The notes under the pieces: model-generated
Told to the model about the DNA's origin: nothing
Database searches by the model: none
What the model saw: the letters and a program-made list of their open reading frames with translations, nothing else
Assembly (NCBI GenBank): GCA_040757625.1
Contig: JBFLWU010000015.1
Location: 7,684-71,683, forward strand
DNA length: 64,000 nt
Direction: 5' to 3'
Source of the DNA: Thermodesulfobacteriota bacterium
GTDB lineage: Bacteria > Desulfobacterota > Desulfobacteria > Desulfobacterales > JARGFK01
Translations under genes and position numbers: made by a program
In this document: positions 35,167-44,511 of the stretch, piece after piece
Numbering within the stretch: position 1 is the stretch's first letter
How the letters are laid out: each line of letters begins with the position of its first letter

Positions 35167-36624
35167 ATGAGTCGAAACATTAAATACCACGATCTGAGAG
35201 AATTCCTGTCCATCGTGGATTCCTTCGGGGAGCTTAAGATCATCAGCCGTCTTCATTGGGACAGGGAAATGGGCGCCCTAACGGAGATGGTTTACCGTGA
35301 AAAACCGGTGGATTCTCCGGCCCTGCTGTTCAACAAGGTGCCGGGTTATCCGGATGGCTTTCAATGCCTTTACGGCATGCTGGCGTCTCCGCGCCGGTTC
35401 GGACTGGCGATGGGGCTTGACGTGAGCGGTGAAATTTCGCGGATGGACCTGCTGCAAGCCTATCGCGCCAGGATGAAAGGGATGACCCCGATCCCGCCCC
35501 GGGTCGTAAAGACCGGCGCTGTCATGGAAAATGTACTGGAGGGGGAGGCCGTCGACCTGCTGAAATTCCCCGTGCCGATTCATCACGAACTTGACGGCGG
35601 CCGCTATATCGGTACGGCCTGCGGCGTTATCACGCGGGATCCTGACGAAGGCTGGGTGAACGTGGGAACGTACCGGGTCCAGGTGATCGCCAAAGACCGG
35701 GCGACCGTCTACATCTCCCAGGGAAAGCAGGGCCGGATTCAGCGGGACAAATACCTGAAAAGCGGCCGGCCCTGCCCGGTGATGGTGGTGGTGGGCATCG
35801 ATCCCCTGCTGTACGTGGCCGCGCGCTACCAGGTCCCGCTGCGGTTGTCCGAGTTCGATTTCGCCGGCGGCATCGCCGGGGAACCCATCGAAGTCATCGA
35901 GGGGGAGTCTACCGGCCTGCCGTTTCCCGCCAATGCCGAAATCGTCATCGAAGGCGAGATCTCGCCGGACGAGAAGGTGCCGGAAGGCCCCTTCGGCGAA
36001 TGGAACGGCTATTACGCCGGTTCCCAAAAAACAGAATACGTGATGAAGGTCAAACGGATCCTGCATCGCCATGATCCCATCCTGACCTGCGCGGCTTCCC
36101 AGCGGCCGCCCCATTCCCATCTGTTTGAGCGCTGTTTTATCCGTTCCGCCGGTTTATGGGAAAAGCTAGAAAAGGCCGACTGCCCCAGCATCAAGGGCGT
36201 GTGGGTTCATGAAGCCGGTTCGGGACGGACCTTCAACGTCGTTTCCATCAAACAGGAGTACTACGGCCATTCACGCCAGGCCGCCCTGCTGGCGTCCCAA
36301 CTGCCGCCGGCCGGGTATGTCAACCGGTTTACCGTGGTGGTGGACGACGACATCGATCCTTCCTATCTTTACGACGTCATCTGGGCCATGGGGACCCGCT
36401 GCAACCCGGAGGCGGATATCGATATTCTGCGCAAAAACTGGAGCAGCCGCCTGGATCCCCTGACTTTCACCGATGCGCTCTATAATTCCCGTGCGGTCAT
36501 CGATGCCTGCATCCCTTATGAACATCGCGATGATTTTCCCAAAATCGCCCAGACATCGCCGGAGTATAAAAAGTTCATGATGGAAAAATACGGGAATCTG
36601 ATCAGGGAAATCCTAAGTAAATGA
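35167..36624 (+). CDS. UbiD-family decarboxylase/carboxylase, 485 aa (U6)
   Basis: Blocks LDGGRYIGT, EGPFGEWNGYY, KQEYYGHSRQ, TVVVDDDIDP, SRAVIDACIPYE. Confidence 0.9.
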   Translation: MSRNIKYHDLREFLSIVDSFGELKIISRLHWDREMGALTEMVYREKPVDSPALLFNKVPGYPDGFQCLYGMLASPRRFGLAMGLDVSGEISRMDLLQAYRARMKGMTPIPPRVVKTGAVMENVLEGEAVDLLKFPVPIHHELDGGRYIGTACGVITRDPDEGWVNVGTYRVQVIAKDRATVYISQGKQGRIQRDKYLKSGRPCPVMVVVGIDPLLYVAARYQVPLRLSEFDFAGGIAGEPIEVIEGESTGLPFPANAEIVIEGEISPDEKVPEGPFGEWNGYYAGSQKTEYVMKVKRILHRHDPILTCAASQRPPHSHLFERCFIRSAGLWEKLEKADCPSIKGVWVHEAGSGRTFNVVSIKQEYYGHSRQAALLASQLPPAGYVNRFTVVVDDDIDPSYLYDVIWAMGTRCNPEADIDILRKNWSSRLDPLTFTDALYNSRAVIDACIPYEHRDDFPKIAQTSPEYKKFMMEKYGNLIREILSK

Positions 36625-36649
36625 GAGGTCGGGGGACTAGGGGGTGATC

Positions 36650-36858
36650 CCCCTTTGGTTGCGGTCCGCCCGGGGCTATCCCCCGTGGGAGCCGTAACCA
36701 AAGATTCCTGTGCCCTGTACGCGCCCCCCCATAACCTTTGCGCTGTTACAGAACAGGCAGAGATGATCATCGCCGCCGGGGAAACCAGCCTGCTGGGGGT
36801 AGTTCAATGGAACTTGAGCGGGACCGCTGCCGGGCGGTCATGCTTCGATAGGAAGATG
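36650..36858 (+). repeat. conserved structured element, copy 2 (5' hairpin plus core), abutting the ATG of the next gene
   Basis: It has the same core blocks as copies 1 and 3. The 5' arm GGGAGCCGTAACCAAAG (36687..36703) pairs locally with the upstream CTTTGGTTGCGGTCC (36653..36667) rather than with a downstream arm. The core ends ...TTCGATAGGAAGATGAT-ATG. Confidence 0.7.
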
Positions 36859-36860
36859 AT

Positions 36861-37958
36861 ATGACCCTGTTTTTGAACAACGACGACGTCAGGCGCGTCC
36901 TCACCATGGAGCTGACCATCCGGGCCCTGGAGGAATCCTACACGCGCATGATCCAGGGCGAGGGGGTATGCCGTCCGCGGATCGACGTCCAGATCCCCAC
37001 CAGCGACCCGGCTAAAACCTACCGCTGGGGAACCATGGAGGGGGGCTCGGCCAGCGGGTATTTCGCCATCCGAATGAAATCGGACATCGCCTTTGAAAAA
37101 CGCTACAGCGGCAGCATCACCCTGGAAAAGTACTGCATGGTGCCGGGAACGTTTTGCGGGCTGATATTTCTGTTCCGGGTCGATACCGGCGAGCCCCTGG
37201 CCATTTTAAACGATGGCTATCTTCAGCATCTGCGCGTGGGGGCCGATTCGGCCCTGGGCGTCCGCTACATGGCCCGGGAGGATGCGGAAACGGTGGGAAT
37301 GTTCGGATCCGGCGGCATGGCCAGGAGCCACATGGAATCGTTTTGCCTGGTCAGAAACATCAAGCGGCTCAAGGTGTACAGTCCCACCCGAAAAAACCGC
37401 GAAGCCTATGTCCGCGAGATGGAAGCGACCTATGGGATAGAGGCCGTCGCCCTGGACAATCCTGAAGATGTGTACAAGGACGCCGACATCCTGTGCAGCT
37501 GCACCGACGCCAGCGTGCCGGTGATACGGGGGTGCCATGTCCGCAAGGGGACCCATATCACCTCCATCGGCGGCCGCCCCGATGCGGATACGTTTAAAAA
37601 GATCGACCGGTTTCTGCGCTTTGGCAACGCCACGCCGCCTTTCGGCTGCGACCAGCCGGTGGTGGATGAATTCCTGCGGTACGTTACCCCTAAAATGGGT
37701 GGCGGCATCAAGCGCGAACACTCCCATGCCCGGGGAGTCGTTGGGGCAATCGCCGGGGAACGGGTGGTCTATTTAAAGGATATTCTCGCTGGCAGGAAAG
37801 GCCGGCAGACACCGGACGACATTACTTACTCGGAGCGGGGAAATCTTCAGGGCGCTCAGTTTTACGCAGTTGCCGGAAAGGTCTATGAACTTGCCCGGCA
37901 GCAGGGTTTGGGCAGGGAAATACCAACGGAATGGTTTCTGCAGGATATCCGTGATTAG
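36861..37958 (+). CDS. ornithine cyclodeaminase/mu-crystallin-family NAD(P)-dependent enzyme
   Basis: 365 aa. N-terminus LFLNNDDVRRVLTMELTIRALEESY and the Rossmann segment VGMFGSGGMARSH. Confidence 0.8.
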   Translation: MTLFLNNDDVRRVLTMELTIRALEESYTRMIQGEGVCRPRIDVQIPTSDPAKTYRWGTMEGGSASGYFAIRMKSDIAFEKRYSGSITLEKYCMVPGTFCGLIFLFRVDTGEPLAILNDGYLQHLRVGADSALGVRYMAREDAETVGMFGSGGMARSHMESFCLVRNIKRLKVYSPTRKNREAYVREMEATYGIEAVALDNPEDVYKDADILCSCTDASVPVIRGCHVRKGTHITSIGGRPDADTFKKIDRFLRFGNATPPFGCDQPVVDEFLRYVTPKMGGGIKREHSHARGVVGAIAGERVVYLKDILAGRKGRQTPDDITYSERGNLQGAQFYAVAGKVYELARQQGLGREIPTEWFLQDIRD

Positions 37959-38009
37959 AAGCTGTCTCAAAATAATTATACTCTAAAGCCTGCTAAATAA
38001 TAAATGGTC

Positions 38010-38093
38010 GAGTGGCTGGGGCTGTCCCGGATTGGACCGGAGAGCATTTAAAATACCCTCCGACCCCTGTAATAGTGATATATTTTTTTTGAG
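38010..38093 (+). repeat. detached 3' arm remnant and tail of element copy 2
   Basis: GGCTGGGGCTGTCCCGG...GGACCGGAGAGCATTTAAAATA...ATATATTTTTTTTGAG is homologous to the tails of copy 1 (23001..23069) and copy 3 (55820..55930). Confidence 0.6.
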
Positions 38094-38137
38094 CCCGCTT
38101 ATAAAAGTCTTTCTAAGAGAATGGAGGAATCAAGCGA

Positions 38138-38833
38138 ATGAACGAAGACAAACTGCGAATAGAGGTTGCTACCTGCGTACGCTTGCTGGAATATCTGGGG
38201 CTGATTGATTTCAGCGGGCATGTCAGCGCCCGCATCCCGGGGACCGACACCATCCTGATCAATGCCTGGGGAGGCAAGGCCAGCCCGGAAAAGGTAACGC
38301 CGGCGGATATCATCAAGGCCGACCTGGACGGCAATCCCATTAGGGAAGGGGATCAGCTGCCGTCGGAAAAGTATATCCACACCTCCGTCTACCGGTACCG
38401 GCCGGACGTCCTGGCGGTGGCCCATACCCATCCGCCGGTGACAACGGCGGTGAGCGCCGCCGGAATTGAATATGTTCCGGTGATGCACCATGGCGCCATT
38501 TTTCATGCAGGGGTTTCGGTGTATGACGACTGCCGGCATGTAAACACCCGCGAAAAGGGGGATGCCGTGGCCGCCGCCCTGGGCCAGCTGCGGGCGACTC
38601 TGATCCGCGGACACGGCGCGGTGGTGGTGGCCGAAAGCGTCAAGGGGGTGTTTTTCGGGTCCGTCTATCTGGAAGACAACGCCAAGAAGCTGGCGGACAT
38701 CTATAAGATGGGGAGAAAGCCGATCGTGCTGCGCGCCGAAGAAAACGAAGCCTGTGCCCGCATCTGGCGCGAAAACCAGTTCCATAAAATCTGGAATTAT
38801 TATCAGGAAAAAAGCGGCGTTCGCTTTGATTGA
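38138..38833 (+). CDS. class II aldolase/adducin-fold protein
   Basis: GGAGGA RBS. 231 aa. VAHTHPPVTTAVS His cluster. Confidence 0.85.
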   Translation: MNEDKLRIEVATCVRLLEYLGLIDFSGHVSARIPGTDTILINAWGGKASPEKVTPADIIKADLDGNPIREGDQLPSEKYIHTSVYRYRPDVLAVAHTHPPVTTAVSAAGIEYVPVMHHGAIFHAGVSVYDDCRHVNTREKGDAVAAALGQLRATLIRGHGAVVVAESVKGVFFGSVYLEDNAKKLADIYKMGRKPIVLRAEENEACARIWRENQFHKIWNYYQEKSGVRFD

Positions 38834-38845
38834 GTATTTAGTCGA

Positions 38846-38885
38846 GAAAAAGACCGCCCGGTCAGGACCGGGCGGTCTTTTTTTT
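38846..38885. terminator. bidirectional rho-independent terminator between convergent operons
   Basis: AAAAA-GACCGCCCGG-TCAGGA-CCGGGCGGTC-TTTTTTTT. Perfect 10-bp GC-rich stem flanked by an A-tract and a T8 tract. Confidence 0.9.
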
Positions 38886-38926
38886 AGGGACGGTTCCCAG
38901 TTGGTCGGGAACCTAAAGGAGAAATA

Positions 38927-39481
38927 TTACAGTTGGGCCTGCAACAGCAGATCAAAGAGCAGGTAAAAGCCCGCGCATACGGATATGCCGAGAATGATGG
39001 AGCGCTTCCAGCTTTCCCCGGCTTCCATGCGGGTGGCAAATACCGTAAAGGCGCCCACGGCGATGAGGTAGTTGACATAGGCCAGCAGCAGGATAAACCC
39101 GGCCAGCCATAGAATGACCCGGAAAAGGCGCCACCATTCAGAACGGCTTTCGGTTTCTTCCTGAACAGCCGGTCGGCCGCTGCCGGCTGCCGGTTTTTTT
39201 GCGGCAGAACTTTCTTTCGGTTTGCTTTCGGTTTCGAGCAGGCTGCTCTGGCTGATGAATCGCAGCTTGCTTTTGAGTTTCGGGAAGGCGTCGGAAAGGA
39301 GCTGCATAAAAATCATGAAGCTTCCGATCAGGCCGAGTCCCAGGGGGATCGACCGCGCCCGGGGATTGTATTCCAGCGACATAATTGCCAGGAGCAGAAA
39401 AAACACGAACACCAGCAGGTCGAAAATAACCCGGTCGTTGATGATAAGCCTTTTTGGTTGTTGCTCAGTTGTCATGATCAA
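38927..39481 (-). CDS. tctB: TctB small membrane subunit (with a long hydrophilic central loop)
   Basis: 184 aa, four hydrophobic segments, located directly downstream of tctA. Its C-terminal half resembles the tail of the TctA-TctB fusion at 49094. Confidence 0.7.
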   Translation of the reverse strand: MIMTTEQQPKRLIINDRVIFDLLVFVFFLLLAIMSLEYNPRARSIPLGLGLIGSFMIFMQLLSDAFPKLKSKLRFISQSSLLETESKPKESSAAKKPAAGSGRPAVQEETESRSEWWRLFRVILWLAGFILLLAYVNYLIAVGAFTVFATRMEAGESWKRSIILGISVCAGFYLLFDLLLQAQL

Positions 39482-39597
39482 TCTAATCCCCCGGTTTGGA
39501 TTGGTTGGCTCCGCTTACCCGGAACCCCCCCGGTTTTTTATCGGCCCTGATCCCGTCCCGGCCAAATTGGGTTGAGAGCGGTATAGGGCGCTTTCGT

Positions 39598-41082
39598 TCA
39601 AGGGGCGGTCTTTTTTCGCATGGCGGCCTGAATATACGGCAGCAGCACCATCGTGACCGTAATGATGAAAAGCCCCAGGGAGATGGGGCGCACAAAAAAA
39701 CCTTTTACGCCCCAGAGCATCAGGGTTTGGTGAAAGGTTTTCTGGGCCAGCCGGCCCAGCACCAGCGCGATCACCACCGCCACCCGCGAAAAGCCGAAGC
39801 GTTTCATGGCGTATGCCAGCACGCCGAAAACCAGCGACAATACCACGTCGAAAATCATTCCATGTGTCAGGTAAGAACCGATCAGCGCAAGCATAAACAC
39901 GACAGGCGCCAGCAGGGTTGCGGGAACATACGTCAGCTTGACCATCACTCCGGCGCCGAACAAGCCGAAGAGCGACACCAGAATGTTTCCGGCCACCAAC
40001 ACGTAGATAAGAATTAAAACGGTTTCGGGATTTTCCATCATCATGCGGGGACCGGGTTCCAGCCCCAGGACAATCAGGGCGCCCAGCAGGACGGCCATTT
40101 CAATGCTGCCGGGAATGCCGAATATCAGCGTGGGAACCAGGGCGCCGCCGTCCTTGGAATTATTGGCCGACTCGGGCGCTATCACGCCGCGGATGTCCCC
40201 CTTGCCGAAGTTTTCCGGATTTTTGGACGATTGCAGCGCGTGACCGTAGGCAATAAAATTGGACACGGCGCCGCCGACGCCCGGGATGATACCGATGATG
40301 GTTCCAATGATGGAACAGCGGATAAAAAGCCCGAAGTTCTGAAAAACGGATTTTACGCCGGCGGAAATGTCAGAGATCTTGCCTTCATAGTCCACCTGGG
40401 CGATTTTCCCTTTTTTGAGAAACAGCTCAATGGCTTCGCCGATGGCAAAAAGGCCGATAAAGGCGGGCACCAAGCGGATGCCGTCCCAGAGATGGTCGGA
40501 GCCGAAAGTAAAACGCACGGAGCCAGTAACCGGATCGTATCCGATGGTTGAAAACATCAGCCCCAGACCCGCGGCGATCAGTCCTTTCCACAAGGAGCCC
40601 TTGGAAACCACCACGATTACGCTCAGGCCCATCAATGCCAACATGAAATATTCGGGATAGGAAAAAAGAAGCACCACCCGGCGGCCGATGGGCAGCAGGA
40701 CCGTCAAAACAATAGCCCCGAAAATGGCGCCAAGGCATGAGGCGGTCGCCGAAGCGCCGATGGCCATACCGGCCTTGCCCTGCTGGGCCAGGGGAAATCC
40801 GTCAAAACAGGTTGCCGCGCTTTGGCCGGTTCCCGGAGTGTTGATGAGGATCGCCGGTATGGATCCGCCGAAGGGAACCGCGGCCATGGCGCCGATGAGC
40901 AGCACCATGGCCAGGTTGATGTCCATGCCGTAGGTGATGGGAAGGAGCAGTGCCAGAACCTGGGGACCTCCCAGACCGGGCAGGATGCCGAATGTCATTC
41001 CCAACAATACACCCAAAAACAAATAAAGGGGCGCCGGCCATGTAAACAGTTCTATCAGGGCCGGCAGTGCGGATTCAAACAT
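39598..41082 (-). CDS. tctA: TctA large permease subunit
   Basis: 494 aa. GILPGLGG, INTPGTG and GIPGSIEMAVLLGA blocks. Confidence 0.95.
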   Translation of the reverse strand: MFESALPALIELFTWPAPLYLFLGVLLGMTFGILPGLGGPQVLALLLPITYGMDINLAMVLLIGAMAAVPFGGSIPAILINTPGTGQSAATCFDGFPLAQQGKAGMAIGASATASCLGAIFGAIVLTVLLPIGRRVVLLFSYPEYFMLALMGLSVIVVVSKGSLWKGLIAAGLGLMFSTIGYDPVTGSVRFTFGSDHLWDGIRLVPAFIGLFAIGEAIELFLKKGKIAQVDYEGKISDISAGVKSVFQNFGLFIRCSIIGTIIGIIPGVGGAVSNFIAYGHALQSSKNPENFGKGDIRGVIAPESANNSKDGGALVPTLIFGIPGSIEMAVLLGALIVLGLEPGPRMMMENPETVLILIYVLVAGNILVSLFGLFGAGVMVKLTYVPATLLAPVVFMLALIGSYLTHGMIFDVVLSLVFGVLAYAMKRFGFSRVAVVIALVLGRLAQKTFHQTLMLWGVKGFFVRPISLGLFIITVTMVLLPYIQAAMRKKTAP

Positions 41083-41168
41083 GACTTCCTTCTTTATTTT
41101 TGAAAATTAATGGTGCGAGCTGCTGTCCGCATCCCGAAAATCGTCGCAAAATAATATTCGAAAGGCCC

Positions 41169-42161
41169 TTATTTCTGGTATTTCAGAATCAGGTCCTTGA
41201 ACTTGGCGACCATGCCTATCCCTTGCTTGATCATCTTAGCGGTGTCTTCAGGCGTCATAGGCATGGCCGGTTCATTGGCGGCAATCATCTTTTTCTGGAA
41301 CTCCGGATCATTGGTCGCCTTCCAGAAGGCGTCATACCAGATTTTTTTGACATCGTCCGGAAGCCCCGGCGGCGCTCCCACGGGACGATACATGGTGACG
41401 ACATCCGTTAGATCGCCGTATCCCAATTCTTCAACCGTTGGGACATCCGGAAGGATTTTGGAGCGCTTTTTGGAATAGATCCAGAGCGGAATGAGGTCCT
41501 TTGAATCGACAATTGTTTTCTTTAAGGTTGCTATGGGATACTGCACCCAGTCAACGTCGCCGCGCATCGCGGCCAGAATGGCCTCGGTACTTCCGTCATG
41601 GGGGATCGGTTTCATTTTGACGCCCATGGCCTGGGCGGCGATAATGGTCCCCAACCCGGCAGTGGAGGACAGGCCGACCACCCCGGAGGTGACCTCCGGT
41701 GCTGCTTGAAGCTCCTTTAACGTTTTGTATTTGGATTTGGGGGAAACGCACATGACATAGGTGACTTCGCTGATGTTTCCCAGCCAGGTGACCTTGTTGA
41801 GATCAAATTCGGCGGTACCCAGGACCTGATTGACGGCATTGGCAGGCCAATTGAATATGCCGAAGGTATTCCCGTCCGGTTTGGATCGGTACATTTTGTT
41901 GATGCCGATATTCCACTCGCCGCCGGGGGTATTCTTAACGACAATATTGGGATTACCGGGTAAATACTTTTGAAGATAGGGGACCAGCATGCGCGAGAAC
42001 GTGTCAAACCCGCCACCGGGACTGACCGGAATGATAAAGGTCATGGTTTTTGCGGGAAATTTTGCTTCGGCGGCACCGGCCCCAAAGGCGGTTACCAGCA
42101 ATGCCGTGAGCAGGCATAGAACGGCAATGTTCCTTGCCTGATGCAGGGTATTTCTTTTCAT
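41169..42161 (-). CDS. tctC: TctC-family solute-binding protein
   Basis: Trimmed to ATG 42161 (GGAGGGAG RBS). Signal peptide ...LLVTAFGAGAAEA and the motif SPGGGFDTFSR. Confidence 0.9.
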   Translation of the reverse strand: MKRNTLHQARNIAVLCLLTALLVTAFGAGAAEAKFPAKTMTFIIPVSPGGGFDTFSRMLVPYLQKYLPGNPNIVVKNTPGGEWNIGINKMYRSKPDGNTFGIFNWPANAVNQVLGTAEFDLNKVTWLGNISEVTYVMCVSPKSKYKTLKELQAAPEVTSGVVGLSSTAGLGTIIAAQAMGVKMKPIPHDGSTEAILAAMRGDVDWVQYPIATLKKTIVDSKDLIPLWIYSKKRSKILPDVPTVEELGYGDLTDVVTMYRPVGAPPGLPDDVKKIWYDAFWKATNDPEFQKKMIAANEPAMPMTPEDTAKMIKQGIGMVAKFKDLILKYQK

Positions 42162-42241
42162 GGCTCCCTCCATTTATTTAATGAGTAAAGAGGCATCTCT
42201 TGATACCTCTGAATTTCAGCGGGCACCCTGTTGTCCAACAA

Positions 42242-43696
42242 TCAGATATCCGTCCAGCGCCCGTTGAATTTAGATTTCCATTTGTCAAAAACTTCCTGGC
42301 GCAGCTTTTCGCTATTTAATGAAGTCGGTGGAAATTCATTCATCCATTCATAGGGTTTGACTGCGTAGATAATGCCGTGGGAGTTGGTATAATCATTGGT
42401 CGGTTTGCGGATGCGGGGATCCAGCGGGCCGCTCCAGGACCGTTTGATGATATCCATTTCCTTGGGGTCCGAGCGGGTACAGATGGCCCACATGACGTCT
42501 TCCATGTCGTAGGGGTTGATATCTTCATCCACCACCACGACATACCGTCCGATGTAGGCACCGGCCCGGGTCTGGGAAGCGATATGACCGGCTTCGGTGG
42601 CATGGCCCGGGTAGCTCTGTTTAATGGAGACCACCGTAAAGAGACGGGAGCCGCCGAAAGCCGGGCACCACACCCCCCGGACTTCGGGGATGCCGGCCCG
42701 TTCGATTTCATTATATACCAGTGCCGAGCGCCAGACAGCCCGCCAGAAACCCTGGTCGCTGGCCAGGCCCTTTGAGGGCGGTGATCCCAACAGAATGGGG
42801 TTATTGCGGTAATATAAGGCTTCAACCTTGACAAACGGCTCCTCCCTGCCTTTACTGGCATACGTGCCGGTCCACTCACCGAAGGGTCCTTCAAACTTCT
42901 GATCGCCGGGATTGGCGATTCCCTCCAGAACGATTTCCGCATTTGCCGGAAACGGCAGGCCGGTCACTTTGCCTTTGATGACCGGAACGGGTTCCTCTCT
43001 GACGGCGCCCATGTAGTCCAGCTCGTAAATGCCGGTGGGGATTTCACTGGCGGAGAGGATATAGCTGAGGGGATCGAAGCCCACCACCATTACCACCGGG
43101 CATGGTTCGCCTCTCTGGAAGTATTTATCGCGGTGGATGCGGCTGTGCTTGCCGGGTGAGATGTAAAATCCGACATGCCGGCTGTCATGCAGCATGACCC
43201 GGTAGGTTCCCATATTGACGATGCCGGTATCAGGATCCCGGGTGATAACGCCGACGCCGGTGCCGATATATCTGCCGCCGTCATGCTCGTGCCAAAGGGG
43301 GACCGGAAATTTTTCGAGATCGACCTTGTCGCCTTCTTCAACATTTTCGAGAACCGGTCCGGAATCTACAACCCGGCAGGGAAAATCTTTGGCGGACTGC
43401 GCCCATTGGCCCGCTTTGGTTTTCAGCGTTTCAATCGTTTGCCGGATACTGTTTTCAACCGGCAGGCCGAAGGTCAGGTTGACGGTTCGGATATTGGCCA
43501 CTGAATTGGTGACGATCCGAAGTCCTTTCCGATATCCCTTCACCTCGTCGAATAAAAGCGCCGGACCCTGGTTGCGCCCGTTGATTTGGACCATGGTTCC
43601 GATTTCCAGATGAGGATCGGCACCTTCAACGACTTGTAATTCTCCGATATTTTCTACCTGTTTCAGCCATTCTCTCATGTCCTTGAAAGCGATCAT
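42242..43696 (-). CDS. UbiD-family decarboxylase/carboxylase, 484 aa (U7)
   Basis: Trimmed to ATG 43696 (MIAFKDMREWL), 1 nt after the upstream gene's stop. Blocks HDGGRYIGT, EGPFGEWTGTY, KQSYPGHATE, VVVVDEDINP. Confidence 0.9.
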   Translation of the reverse strand: MIAFKDMREWLKQVENIGELQVVEGADPHLEIGTMVQINGRNQGPALLFDEVKGYRKGLRIVTNSVANIRTVNLTFGLPVENSIRQTIETLKTKAGQWAQSAKDFPCRVVDSGPVLENVEEGDKVDLEKFPVPLWHEHDGGRYIGTGVGVITRDPDTGIVNMGTYRVMLHDSRHVGFYISPGKHSRIHRDKYFQRGEPCPVVMVVGFDPLSYILSASEIPTGIYELDYMGAVREEPVPVIKGKVTGLPFPANAEIVLEGIANPGDQKFEGPFGEWTGTYASKGREEPFVKVEALYYRNNPILLGSPPSKGLASDQGFWRAVWRSALVYNEIERAGIPEVRGVWCPAFGGSRLFTVVSIKQSYPGHATEAGHIASQTRAGAYIGRYVVVVDEDINPYDMEDVMWAICTRSDPKEMDIIKRSWSGPLDPRIRKPTNDYTNSHGIIYAVKPYEWMNEFPPTSLNSEKLRQEVFDKWKSKFNGRWTDI

Positions 43697-43697
43697 A

Positions 43698-44171
43698 TTA
43701 CTTGTTGTCCTTTTTTTCCTCTTTTTTCGGTTTTTCAAAAAAGTTCACCGGCGTTACCGCCAGCGGGTTATAGTCCGTGTCAGTGACCTGAATGGTATAG
43801 GCGCCTTTCTTAATCAGTTTTTTGCTGATATATCGACCCGCATTCCAGGTGGTCGACCATGTGCCGGTCTCGTCGGCTTTGGGTTCCGGCTCCAATTCCG
43901 ATCCGATATCGGTGAGGACGCCATCCACATCGGTAATCAGAAAGACGATTTCCTTCCCCGGCTCAAATCCTGTCCCCATCAGAATAACTTCGGTTTTCTT
44001 GTCCATGGCAACGTTCGGCGTAGCCGCAACGACTACGGGCTCAAGAACGCCCGGGCTTTTCGACGTATCGCCGGTGTCGGCTTCTTTGGCCTTCATGGTG
44101 GCGCAGCCGGTCAGGGCGATCAGGCTGATAGCAAGCGAGAGCGCCAGCAACTGAATAAGTGATTTTTTCAT
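43698..44171 (-). CDS. lipoprotein of unknown function with a Lys-rich C-terminal tail
   Basis: Signal peptide with lipobox LTGC (MKKSLIQLLALSLAISLIALTGC). The tail is FFEKPKKEEKKDNK. Paralog of 44512..44958. Confidence 0.7.
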   Translation of the reverse strand: MKKSLIQLLALSLAISLIALTGCATMKAKEADTGDTSKSPGVLEPVVVAATPNVAMDKKTEVILMGTGFEPGKEIVFLITDVDGVLTDIGSELEPEPKADETGTWSTTWNAGRYISKKLIKKGAYTIQVTDTDYNPLAVTPVNFFEKPKKEEKKDNK

Positions 44172-44511
44172 ATAAACCTCCTTGATAGATTTTAAATTAA
44201 CTGCTTTTGTCGTGAATTAAAAAGCAGGCAGATTGAAACGGCATTGACGATCTTGAACACTAAATAAAAAGGAAGCTCTAGATTGACACGGCGATGCACG
44301 AGTATTTCCTCCAAAAAAATCGCCAATCTATCACAGGCTTCCTTTTTTGGCGACGGCCGGGCGCGACATCGAACGAAAGCGGAAAAAAAACATAGCGTGC
44401 GGAAGTCGACGGAAAAATTTGATCGATACCGAAAAGTGTCAGCCATCTATAATATTCTGAACCAGCAGGTTCAGCCAACCTGTTTCCGTGATCGAATGCT
44501 GCGCGCGCGAA

